Virus record (IMG/VR): IMGVR_UViG_3300037391_000010
Coordinates: 32,001 to 96,000 of that record
Strand: one strand, 5' to 3'
Length of the DNA: 64,000 nt
Origin: a virus
Shown here piece by piece: positions 1-8,434 of the stretch (its first letter is position 1; each line of letters begins with the position of its first letter). The notes beneath the pieces were generated by a model, which was not told the DNA's origin, searched no databases, and worked only from the letters and a program-made list of their open reading frames with translations. The position numbers and the translations under genes are program-made.

Positions 1-129
1 AGCTAAGATGGAAGAGACGGCGAGGATGCATCGGTATCCAGTTTGTTCCGTCCCGCCGCCTGTAGGCAGTTGGATAACCTCTGGGGTCTGCATCTGCACT
101 GCTAGAATTTTCGCTGGAGGTGTCGCCAT
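1..129 (-). CDS. Hypothetical protein, 5' part only (MATPPAKILAVQMQTPEV...), runs off the window
   Basis: ATG at 129 (minus) is open to the window edge and preceded by the CACTACT candidate late-promoter motif. Confidence 0.5.
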   Translation of the reverse strand, partial: MATPPAKILAVQMQTPEVIQLPTGGGTEQTGYRCILAVSSILA

Positions 130-160
130 ACTAAAGATTTGAGTAGTGGTATAATGGGGG

Positions 161-730
161 ATGGTCTTTGAGCCCCGGTGTGTCAAATGCGGTCGCCCCA
201 AGCTAAGCCACACCATCAGTGGTGTATCAGACGGTCAAGGGAACACATGGGATTTGGCGATTCAGTCTGGTTCAGCCTCTATTTTCTACGCCATGAATTG
301 TAAGGCGGGGTCGAACACCGTAAGTTTTCCCACTACGTTCGGTACAATTTGGGAATTTAGCGGGGTAGCCGCAACATCCGCCCTCGATCAAACCAATTCT
401 GGCTATTGGTATTCCTCTGCGTATGCCATCAGCTTGACTCCGACTGTGGATAGTGAATTGGTGCTTTTTACAACACAATCATATTCGGGGGCATCCTATC
501 CAACTGTCGGTGCGAGTTCACCATGGAACCCAGCATATCCCAATCCCGAAAATCGATACGATTATGGTGTCGGTTGTAGTGCCTATCAAATTCAAACCAC
601 GGCAGCAACTCTTAGTAACTCGGGTTGGACTGTGGGAGGCAATGGTGGGGCCGAGCTTGCGGTATCATTCTTTGCCGCACTGCCCGCAAATTTAATTATG
701 CCGATGGGTTCAATGGGGATGGTGTGCTAA
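161..730 (+). CDS. Ser/Thr/Gly-rich beta-domain protein, probably virion-associated
   Basis: Shares the (S/T)D-x-x-GN-x-W motif with 12021..14189 and 29027..30865; TATAAT at 150-155 lies 5 nt before the ATG. Confidence 0.55.
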   Translation: MVFEPRCVKCGRPKLSHTISGVSDGQGNTWDLAIQSGSASIFYAMNCKAGSNTVSFPTTFGTIWEFSGVAATSALDQTNSGYWYSSAYAISLTPTVDSELVLFTTQSYSGASYPTVGASSPWNPAYPNPENRYDYGVGCSAYQIQTTAATLSNSGWTVGGNGGAELAVSFFAALPANLIMPMGSMGMVC

Positions 731-1446
731 ACACCACAAAATTTCTTTCGTTTTTCCAGTTATACACCGTGGATCGATTGACGCCATAGAGTTCAACAAA
801 CTCAGCGACAGTCCCTTCCCATGTTAACCAGACTTTGTACAATCCGCCGTAATGTAGGCAGAAGCGTCGATGACCGCCGTAGACACCCTTGGCGACTTGC
901 TTAAATTCTGTGCCGCAATCTGGGCAGGTAAAATCTCTAAGCTTGGAGTTTTCTATTTTGTTGACGGCTGTGGAGAGTTTGCTCATCTTGTTACGACGGT
1001 CATCATTCCAACTTGCCGCTATTTTTGCGCGTTGAGTAGCGGGCTTGGGTTTACCCTTGAATAGCAGACTGGTGGTCTCTCTTTGCCGTTTCGTTGAAAC
1101 TCTTCCCAATGCTTTTATGCGTAATTTTTCACGTATTTCCGGCGTTGCTGGTACGCCATCCCCGCCTGCCGTCATGTTGTAACCATCGGGCGACAGGGTT
1201 TTAAGAACTAAAATCCATAACTGTTCAAGCCGATTGAGTTCTTCGGTTGTGGTTGCTTTCGCTAATTGCTGCACGTGGAAATTTTCGGGGCCGTGTTTGC
1301 GAAGAGCGCGGTACAGGTACTCTTGATGGCGCTTTGGTTGTTTTGCGTTCTTCAGGTGTTCACGCCATCTTCCTCGAATGGTCTTTTCGGTTTTGCCGAT
1401 GTACATCTTCCCCGTCAACCAAATTGGTTACCAGATAGACAAACAT
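696..1446 (-). pseudogene. GIY-YIG homing endonuclease with NUMOD3-like repeats and a C-terminal HTH; 1-nt frameshift near 1410-1420
   Basis: SD AGAGAGG + ATG at 1446 gives MFVYLVTN, out of frame by one with KMYIGKT...R...E...GYNMTAGGDG. Confidence 0.8.
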
Positions 1447-1614
1447 AAAAACCTCTCTACTTAATACGGTCAAATCGACAAAATCGCTAGTTAGTGAAAA
1501 AATTTTGATACGCATGTCTTATGTGAGAGTCGTTCAACCTATAGTCCTTAGCCCCCAAAAGGCCGGATTGGGAAGAATAATCAAACTCTCGTACACAAAA
1601 CTGGAGAAACCAAA

Positions 1615-2196
1615 ATGAGTGTGAAATTACACTATCTGGGTCAGAACGATTCCGTTAACTGCACCCCAGCGGTATTCCTCACTGGCGATCCGGGAACTGA
1701 CCAACAGACGTTGAAGGCTGGCGGGTATGTCGGCGGCGTGATTGTAGCCATTATTGGTGCAAGCACGAACGCAGCTTATCCAGTCCAACCTCCCAACCAA
1801 CCTGCTTTCGGACAAATCGGTAACATCGTTCCGTGCGACACGGACGCGACTTACTATGGGTCTGGAAACGCTGGCACTCCCTTCGCAACTCTGCTCAACA
1901 ACGGCGGCGAATTCGCTGGCGCTATTGGGCCTTCCGGTTCCAAGAAAGCCCCCGTTGTCCGTGCCATGTGGCAGGGAATGGTGGGTAACTCGGACGGAAA
2001 TTGCTATGATACGGGCGCAACGTTCACACTCGGTGCGTATCTGTATTGTGGCTGCGCCACTTCCGCGAACATCGGACAGTACACTTCAGCAGCACGTACC
2101 CACGGCGGTTCCGCCTCGGGCAACACGGCTGTTGGCATCTGCACCCACGTTCCTAGCGCGACTGAGCCTTGGCTCGGCGTAGCGTCGTTACTGTAA
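1615..2196 (+). CDS. Putative capsid decoration/minor head protein
   Basis: Strong SD (GGAGA), directly upstream of the MCP, Gly-rich beta protein of decoration-protein size. Confidence 0.55.
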   Translation: MSVKLHYLGQNDSVNCTPAVFLTGDPGTDQQTLKAGGYVGGVIVAIIGASTNAAYPVQPPNQPAFGQIGNIVPCDTDATYYGSGNAGTPFATLLNNGGEFAGAIGPSGSKKAPVVRAMWQGMVGNSDGNCYDTGATFTLGAYLYCGCATSANIGQYTSAARTHGGSASGNTAVGICTHVPSATEPWLGVASLL

Positions 2197-2215
2197 AAGG
2201 AGAAAAGAGACTAAC

Positions 2216-3175
2216 ATGGCAAACCTTTCTCGTACACAACAGCAGACGGCTATGCTCGGTCAGTTACTCAAGACCGCTGGTGGTCGTCAGAAACTTGCGG
2301 CTTCGTTGGGACCATCCCTCCGTCGTCGTCGTGACTATATGAGCATTGCTCGCAAGGCTCTTATGGTTGAAACTCTTCCCGATGGCGCTCTGCCCATCTA
2401 CGATAAGGAATTCGATGTAAGCGCGATGACTGTGGGCTCGACCCCCGGCTCGTCCTTCGTTGAAGCCTTTGTGGTAGGTGAAGAAGGCGGCGACATCGTG
2501 CGCGTCACCAAGCCAAAGCGCGTCACGGTTCCGACGTTTGAAATCGTGTGCAACCCGATGATTCCGATCACGCAGATCAAGGAACGTCGTTTCGATCTCG
2601 TCGCTCGTTCACTCAACCTTGCAAAGGCTGAAGTAGGCGCAGCGGAAGATGGTTACGTGTTCAACCTGTTTGACGGCGTTGCGGCAGGCGCAGTCGGCCA
2701 TCCACCCAACGATCCGGTTTACAACCCCGACATCGCCATCAATGCTCCCATCGACATCAACTCGTTGGCAGACGGCTTTGGTCAGGTTGCACGCCACGAT
2801 CTGTCGGTTGCTTTCATCTTCTTCAATCCGCGTGACTACACGGACCTGTTGAAGTGGACGCAGCAAAACATCGACCGTGAAACACAGCGCAAGCTGTTGA
2901 AGACGGGCGTCATGGGCTATCTATGGGGCGCAACGCTCCTCCAGTCTCGTAAGGTCGGCTACGGCTGCATCTACATTCTGGCGGACGCTGAGTTCCTCGG
3001 CGTAATCCCAGAACGTATTCCGTTGACCGTGATGTCTGCCGACCGTCCTGACCTCCGTCAGATCGGTTTCAGCATCTTCGAGAACTTGGGCTTCTTGGTG
3101 TTCAACCCATCAGGTGTCCAGCGTCTCACAGTCAATGGCCGCTTCAACGCGACCGCCAACTACGGCGAGAACTAA
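2216..3175 (+). CDS. Major capsid protein (HK97-like fold; by recall resembles the Bxz1-type myovirus MCP family)
   Basis: 319 aa, strong SD, strongly biased codons, pattern GRQKLAASL...ETLPDGALPIYD...RVTVPTFEI...GYLWGA, followed by a terminator. Confidence 0.85.
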   Translation: MANLSRTQQQTAMLGQLLKTAGGRQKLAASLGPSLRRRRDYMSIARKALMVETLPDGALPIYDKEFDVSAMTVGSTPGSSFVEAFVVGEEGGDIVRVTKPKRVTVPTFEIVCNPMIPITQIKERRFDLVARSLNLAKAEVGAAEDGYVFNLFDGVAAGAVGHPPNDPVYNPDIAINAPIDINSLADGFGQVARHDLSVAFIFFNPRDYTDLLKWTQQNIDRETQRKLLKTGVMGYLWGATLLQSRKVGYGCIYILADAEFLGVIPERIPLTVMSADRPDLRQIGFSIFENLGFLVFNPSGVQRLTVNGRFNATANYGEN

Positions 3176-3200
3176 ACCTCTCGTTGTTTGGTCTAACCTT

Positions 3201-3233
3201 GGGCTCGGAGAAATCCGAGCCCATTTTCTTTTT
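3201..3233 (+). terminator. Rho-independent terminator after the MCP
   Basis: GGGCTCGGA-GAAA-TCCGAGCCC then ATTTTCTTTTT. Confidence 0.9.
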
Positions 3234-3280
3234 CCCCAATATCCTTTTCTCTTTTGGGTATTAGATAACTAGGGGTAAAA

Positions 3281-3754
3281 ATGCAAAAAAGTTACGTCGC
3301 TAAGTCCCCGATCAATTTTGTGCAATTTGGCTTCCGAGTCAACGCTGGGGATATTCTCGTCCACGATACGGCCCAGCAAAAGCTCACGGTGTACCGCAAT
3401 GGGCAGATCGTCAAGACCCTGAAGCAGTCTTCGCTCGGCATGAGCGCCTTTGTCAAGGATCGCTCCGCTGAGGAGGTAGTTGAGAAGCCCCAGCCCCGAC
3501 CGATTGACCCTGCGGAGTGTGCGAGGTTGCTTAAGCTCTCCCACCCCAAGCTGACGCCTGACCTACCGAAAACCCCATCAACACCGCAAAAACCGACACA
3601 GGAAGAAATTCGTCAGAAGCGTAAGAAAGCCCAGCCGACCGAGATCAGCACCGATGACCCTGAATTCCGCAAACGGATGGGTCTCAAAGATGGCGAGAAC
3701 CTCGAAGACCCCGTGGTGCGTAAGCGTCTCGGCCTCAAAGACAAGTCGGTCTAA
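3281..3754 (+). CDS. Hypothetical protein with a duplicated C-terminal DP-x-x-RKR(M/L)GLKD motif
   Basis: ORF with SD-like GGGGT; internal repeat visible. Confidence 0.65.
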   Translation: MQKSYVAKSPINFVQFGFRVNAGDILVHDTAQQKLTVYRNGQIVKTLKQSSLGMSAFVKDRSAEEVVEKPQPRPIDPAECARLLKLSHPKLTPDLPKTPSTPQKPTQEEIRQKRKKAQPTEISTDDPEFRKRMGLKDGENLEDPVVRKRLGLKDKSV

Positions 3755-4093
3755 GTGCCGCGCACGCCCCGCAAAACTCAATGGTGGATGACCGTTCGCA
3801 AATGCGATGGTCGGTGCTGGTACTGCGGCTATGCGCCTGCGGAGCTTTGTGACCTCACTGTAGACCACGCGAAGCCAGCCAGCCGAGGCGGGCCGAACGC
3901 CGAATGGAACCTCCTGCCTGCCTGTGAATACTGCAATCGCCTGAAGGACAATCAAACAGTTTCCGAGTTCAGGAAGCTGGTTAAAATGAGGGTCGTCCGT
4001 AACCTCATCTCACTGGGTTACATCGGGGACGGTCTAAGTCGTTTGAAGATAGTGTTTTACGGAGAGGGGTATGACTCCGTTCTAGGCTACTGA
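3755..4093 (+). CDS. HNH endonuclease
   Basis: CWYCG...TVDHAKPASRGG-N-x-x-NLLPACEYCNRLK. Confidence 0.88.
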   Translation: MPRTPRKTQWWMTVRKCDGRCWYCGYAPAELCDLTVDHAKPASRGGPNAEWNLLPACEYCNRLKDNQTVSEFRKLVKMRVVRNLISLGYIGDGLSRLKIVFYGEGYDSVLGY

Positions 4094-4127
4094 CTTTCAA
4101 TTTCTCAGATGAGGGCTTCTGTCTAAA

Positions 4128-5153
4128 ATGAGCATCTTTATCACCATTCCCCTATCCAAGCTGTACGTGAAATTCGGGGTAAAGACTGCGATTTCGTTGC
4201 CTGATCTCGTCCGTCAGACGAACGCCTTCTCGAAAAAGTATCGCCCCGGATGCACGCCATCGCTGCTTGATTCGAACCCCAAAGCCCTGTTCCTCCACTA
4301 CAACGTGAAGTGCAACAAGGAAGATTCTGATCCAGCGGGGCACGATGTGCGCGTGCAGTTCGACACGACAAAGGTTCAGGAGTCGAGCCAAGCCAAAGAC
4401 CTCGATGTGCAGATTAGCTGCTCCTGCCCTGCGTTCTTGTATTGGGGTGCCCAGTGGAACCTCCATCAGCGCGATGGGCTGCTAGGGACGCCCAGACCGC
4501 AATTAACGGCCCCTACAGAGCAGCTTGACCTCCGTGGGAACTTCGTTATCTGCAAACACATCCATGCGGTGTTCGAGCGCATCCTGCCAAGCGTCCAGCA
4601 CAACATCGTGAAGCTACTGCGTGAGCGGACAATGCAAGAGAAGAAGGACGAACTGGACAAGACGCCCGAGCGCCTCCAAGAGAAACAGGAGGAGATGAAG
4701 AAAAAGAAGGAATTGGAGAAGATCAGGAAGGTCAAGGATAAGGAGGTTCAGGACAAGCTGTACGACGCCCTGCGTGAGCAGGAGGAAGCCCGCCTGATGC
4801 ACGAAGAGGACTTGGAGGATCAGGTAGAGCCCGTGGTGGAGCGCGACAAGCCAGCGACCGCACCTGCCGAGGAAAAGCCAGAACCGAAGCCTGCACCCGC
4901 ACCACCGCCGAAGCCCACACCGAAAGGAGAGGAAGAAGCGATTCAGAACCTCTATCAGGGCGAGCAGAAGAGTATTGAAGAGAAGCACCGTAAGGGCGAG
5001 CCGCATCTGCATCAGGGTTTGCCATACGAGGAAACTGAGAGAAAACACGTGAAGGAAAAGAAGTCACCCGAGTACATGGAAAAACTTCGAAAGGTCTGGA
5101 AGTACGTTAAAGACCGCGCAAAAGAACTGGCCGTGAGCGAAGAGGGGAAATAA
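4128..5153 (+). CDS. SWIM zinc-finger protein with a charged C-terminal tail
   Basis: ISCSCPAFLYW...ICKHIHAV SWIM signature; short leader ends in KTA. Confidence 0.8.
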   Translation: MSIFITIPLSKLYVKFGVKTAISLPDLVRQTNAFSKKYRPGCTPSLLDSNPKALFLHYNVKCNKEDSDPAGHDVRVQFDTTKVQESSQAKDLDVQISCSCPAFLYWGAQWNLHQRDGLLGTPRPQLTAPTEQLDLRGNFVICKHIHAVFERILPSVQHNIVKLLRERTMQEKKDELDKTPERLQEKQEEMKKKKELEKIRKVKDKEVQDKLYDALREQEEARLMHEEDLEDQVEPVVERDKPATAPAEEKPEPKPAPAPPPKPTPKGEEEAIQNLYQGEQKSIEEKHRKGEPHLHQGLPYEETERKHVKEKKSPEYMEKLRKVWKYVKDRAKELAVSEEGK

Positions 5154-5154
5154 C

Positions 5155-5337
5155 GTGGCATTCGCACCCCTCGGACCTTGGACTCGCGGAGACGTGCTTG
5201 ATTTGCACATCTTCATCCTGTTGCTGATCTGGTTCACAATGGATCGTTGCAACCTCTACGTTGCTGATTGGATCGTGAAAGATCGGCTCAACAAACTGTT
5301 GTTCAACATTGCCATGTGGTTCAAGATAAGGAAGTAA
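5155..5337 (+). CDS. Small hydrophobic hypothetical protein
   Basis: Tightly packed between neighbours; one hydrophobic stretch. Confidence 0.45.
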   Translation: MAFAPLGPWTRGDVLDLHIFILLLIWFTMDRCNLYVADWIVKDRLNKLLFNIAMWFKIRK

Positions 5338-6321
5338 ATGCAGATTGTACAGGCATTCACGAATGGGACGTACCCAAACAGAATCCAGATTGTGATATCG
5401 CCGCCGTTCTACGGCCCGTTCACACAAGATGGTCCTCTCGGTGCGTTCAACCCCTTTCGCGATGTGAGCATCTATTCGGATGGATCGCTTCAGACTGTAC
5501 AGTCGTGGGCATTCGATACGACCAACAACCGCTACCTGATCTACTTGGTGCAAGCCATCGACCCTCAGAGCTTTGTTCAGGTCATTCATCACGTCCCCAA
5601 CCCACCTTTTGAAATCTTCGCCTTCCTCGGCTTCCCCACGCTGGAAGATGGGGAGACCGTGATTGAACTGGAAGATGGTTCTGGCGTAATCGTACTGGAA
5701 TCACAAACCCCAGAAATCTTTTACGGTACGTTGGATATTGTTGTATTCGAAGATGGGTTCACCGAAGTTGAATTGGAAGACGGTTCGGGCGTACTAGAAC
5801 TTGAATCCTCGATTAGCGAGTTGCCCGATGTGCCCGGCTTTGCGCTGGTTGCTCAGTACATTCCCACTGGCGATGTCGTCAGCCCCGAGATGGTGTTGAC
5901 TCCAGACCCAGCGTTCGTTGCCATCAATAACGGCGTACTGACCCCTGATGTCGTCGATCTGTTGTGGTTAACGGCGGGTGTGGCTCAAGTCATCATAACG
6001 GGTTCCAATGGTCTTAACACAGGACTCATGGGACCTTCAGGCATCTATCTCTTAGACCTCGAATTCTGGGCTGGGTGGGGTCAAGGTTGGGGCTTATCTT
6101 GGGGCGGACAAGGATCGGGCACCATCCTCCTGACAATGACGGGGTACGACGCCGAGGGGAATCCGATTGTGGTGAACGCGGGCTCGCCGCCGACATATTT
6201 GACGGTTACGGCGACCATAACCATAGGCACTCCATCCACCTATTACCTCTTGCAGGAGACGGGTTTCAGGTTCGAGCTTGAGGATGGATCGGGCGATATC
6301 TTGTTGGAAGTAGCCACTTAA
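5338..6321 (+). CDS. Acidic virion structural protein with three ELEDGSG repeats
   Basis: ELEDGSG-x-(I/L)-x-LE x3; GW repeat WAGWGQGWGLSWGG. Confidence 0.6.
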   Translation: MQIVQAFTNGTYPNRIQIVISPPFYGPFTQDGPLGAFNPFRDVSIYSDGSLQTVQSWAFDTTNNRYLIYLVQAIDPQSFVQVIHHVPNPPFEIFAFLGFPTLEDGETVIELEDGSGVIVLESQTPEIFYGTLDIVVFEDGFTEVELEDGSGVLELESSISELPDVPGFALVAQYIPTGDVVSPEMVLTPDPAFVAINNGVLTPDVVDLLWLTAGVAQVIITGSNGLNTGLMGPSGIYLLDLEFWAGWGQGWGLSWGGQGSGTILLTMTGYDAEGNPIVVNAGSPPTYLTVTATITIGTPSTYYLLQETGFRFELEDGSGDILLEVAT

Positions 6322-6355
6322 ACGTGGACTAGCGAATTCATATTTGGAGACTTAA

Positions 6356-7768
6356 ATGGCGGACGCAAAAATATCAGCATTGATCGCAGGCGGTGCGGCT
6401 CTCAGCACGGACCTGATCCCGATAGCACGTATCGGTACGCCTGATGCCAACTTTTCGATCACGGTAGGAGCTATCGCTACACTCGTCCTCGGCTTGGTTC
6501 CAGCACCACCAACTCCGGGTGGGGTTTCTGGTGCTGTTCAGTTCAACAACTCAGGTTCTTTCGGCGGTACTGGTTCGACCACAGCGGGCGTCCTGATCTC
6601 AGGCACCACCCTGCAACTGAACAACGGTCTGGGCGATTCAACTGGAACATTTGCGAGCCCCTTCGTCGGAGCCGCAGGCGAATTCTTAGCCAGCACAGGC
6701 GCGGCAACGAAATGGAGATGGATTCCGTTCTACGATGCTAACGGCGACATAGCGGTGGGGAACGACGATCACATCGCCAGCGGCACCGCACAGCTTCCGG
6801 GCGATCAGGGTTCACCCTCCTACACCAATAACGTAACCGTAACGCTGACCAGCAATTCAATTTTCGCTGATACAAACTACGTGGTTCAGTTAACGCGAAT
6901 TCCCACTCAGTGGAAGATGGTGGGCTCTCTTTTCTCTGGCAACCCGTTTAAGATTGGGCAAATAGTCGGTCAAACTGGTACAGGTGCATCGGGAGAAATA
7001 CTGGCACCTTTTCCCGACTCAGGTACAGGTACACTGTACATCGGCGGACTCAGTGGGACACCTAACTCCGTTGGGCATTGGTCAGCGACTTCTCCCGACC
7101 TTGGAACCTCTGTGTTTGCTCCGTCCGCCCCCTCCATACCGACTGTCAATATCTTCGCTGGATACAACATCGTGTTCGCCGCCAACGCATCTGGCGGAAC
7201 CACCGTGTACACTGGCTTCTCTCCGACAGGCAACGAATCGGTCAATGCTTATGCGGGGTACACCTTCACCGTAAGCGGCTTCGTGACGAACCCCGCCAAC
7301 AATGGCATATTTTTCTGCGTGGCATCCACACCCACTACCATCACGCTTGCCAATCCGAATGGTGTAGCCGAAAGTTCTGCATTCAACGAGATCGTCAACG
7401 GCAACATGACTGGTACTTTCTTTGTCAGTGAAACAGTCGTGCAGTCTGGTGCGACGGCGAGCTTGATTATGGCCGTGCCGCCAACAAACTATGGTGCGGG
7501 TGCGGAATTGTATCTCGGACCAATCACGGGAACCCCCACCGCAGGTGGAAGATGGAACACAAGTCCTACCAGTGGAAACTTCTTTGATCCATCGGAAGCG
7601 CCGACATCCATGGTCTGCTCAGCAGTCATGACCCCCGCTGTTAGCGGTATCTATGTGAAAGTTATCTCAGCGTCTACATTCACTATTTACTCCGATCTCC
7701 CAGCGGATACGACCGTGCTGAACTGGACGGCGATTGGCTACGGCGTGCCGGGTGGTTCGCCAGTCTAA
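6356..7768 (+). CDS. Tail/head fibre-like protein
   Basis: N-terminal MADAKISAL...DLIPIAR anchor, GAVQFNNSGSFGG fibre motif, C-terminal LNWTAIG strand. Confidence 0.7.
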   Translation: MADAKISALIAGGAALSTDLIPIARIGTPDANFSITVGAIATLVLGLVPAPPTPGGVSGAVQFNNSGSFGGTGSTTAGVLISGTTLQLNNGLGDSTGTFASPFVGAAGEFLASTGAATKWRWIPFYDANGDIAVGNDDHIASGTAQLPGDQGSPSYTNNVTVTLTSNSIFADTNYVVQLTRIPTQWKMVGSLFSGNPFKIGQIVGQTGTGASGEILAPFPDSGTGTLYIGGLSGTPNSVGHWSATSPDLGTSVFAPSAPSIPTVNIFAGYNIVFAANASGGTTVYTGFSPTGNESVNAYAGYTFTVSGFVTNPANNGIFFCVASTPTTITLANPNGVAESSAFNEIVNGNMTGTFFVSETVVQSGATASLIMAVPPTNYGAGAELYLGPITGTPTAGGRWNTSPTSGNFFDPSEAPTSMVCSAVMTPAVSGIYVKVISASTFTIYSDLPADTTVLNWTAIGYGVPGGSPV

Positions 7769-7779
7769 ACGGGTGATGG

Positions 7780-8409
7780 ATGAGACTCGCTTTCGCGATC
7801 ACGACATATAAGGATCAAGCTCTCGCCGAGACCGTCGTCGGAAACCTGAAGAAGTTTTATCCCCTCGCTTCGGTGCTGTTATTTGACGACGCTAAGGAGC
7901 GTCTAAAGCTGCCACAGTTCGCAGGGCGGTGGACGGAACGGTACTTGAAAGCCTTTCTGGAAACGGACGCCGATGTACTGGTCAAGATTGATCCCGATGT
8001 GACCGTGGTACGGAAGGCTCGGAGATTCCCAACAGGTGAAGTCTTCGGGCAAAAGGCCGCTGGGCGTCAGGTGCTAGGCGGTGTCATTGGGTACTCCCGC
8101 ACTGGAGCGAAGAAAATCGTAGATTCAGGGCTCCTGCTCGACCCCAAATACACCGATGTGATGCAGTTTTCGTATGCCAGATTCTCTGGCGAATACCTGC
8201 GGGATGGCGAGGAAGAAGACCCCACGCCCGTGTCTTTACAGGACGCGATCATGGCGGATGTTATTCAAAAGCTTGGACTTGAGGTGGGGCATTGGCTTGA
8301 GGCATACGTCCGTACCAGCACCTCCGACCCGAGCTTGATGCCGCCAGCGGGGGACTACGCTTTTGTGTGCGTCGGGCGGCACATAAAGGACTACAAGGCC
8401 ATTATATAG
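7780..8409 (+). CDS. Putative GT-A fold glycosyltransferase
   Basis: AITTYKD, LFDD, VLVKIDPD (DxD), QDAIM. Confidence 0.55.
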   Translation: MRLAFAITTYKDQALAETVVGNLKKFYPLASVLLFDDAKERLKLPQFAGRWTERYLKAFLETDADVLVKIDPDVTVVRKARRFPTGEVFGQKAAGRQVLGGVIGYSRTGAKKIVDSGLLLDPKYTDVMQFSYARFSGEYLRDGEEEDPTPVSLQDAIMADVIQKLGLEVGHWLEAYVRTSTSDPSLMPPAGDYAFVCVGRHIKDYKAII

Positions 8410-8434
8410 AAGCCTTGGACAATCGGGGGAATAG

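Noticed and set aside
2216-3175. Encapsulin rather than phage capsid
   Set aside because: Context of terminase, fibres and homing endonucleases indicates a phage MCP
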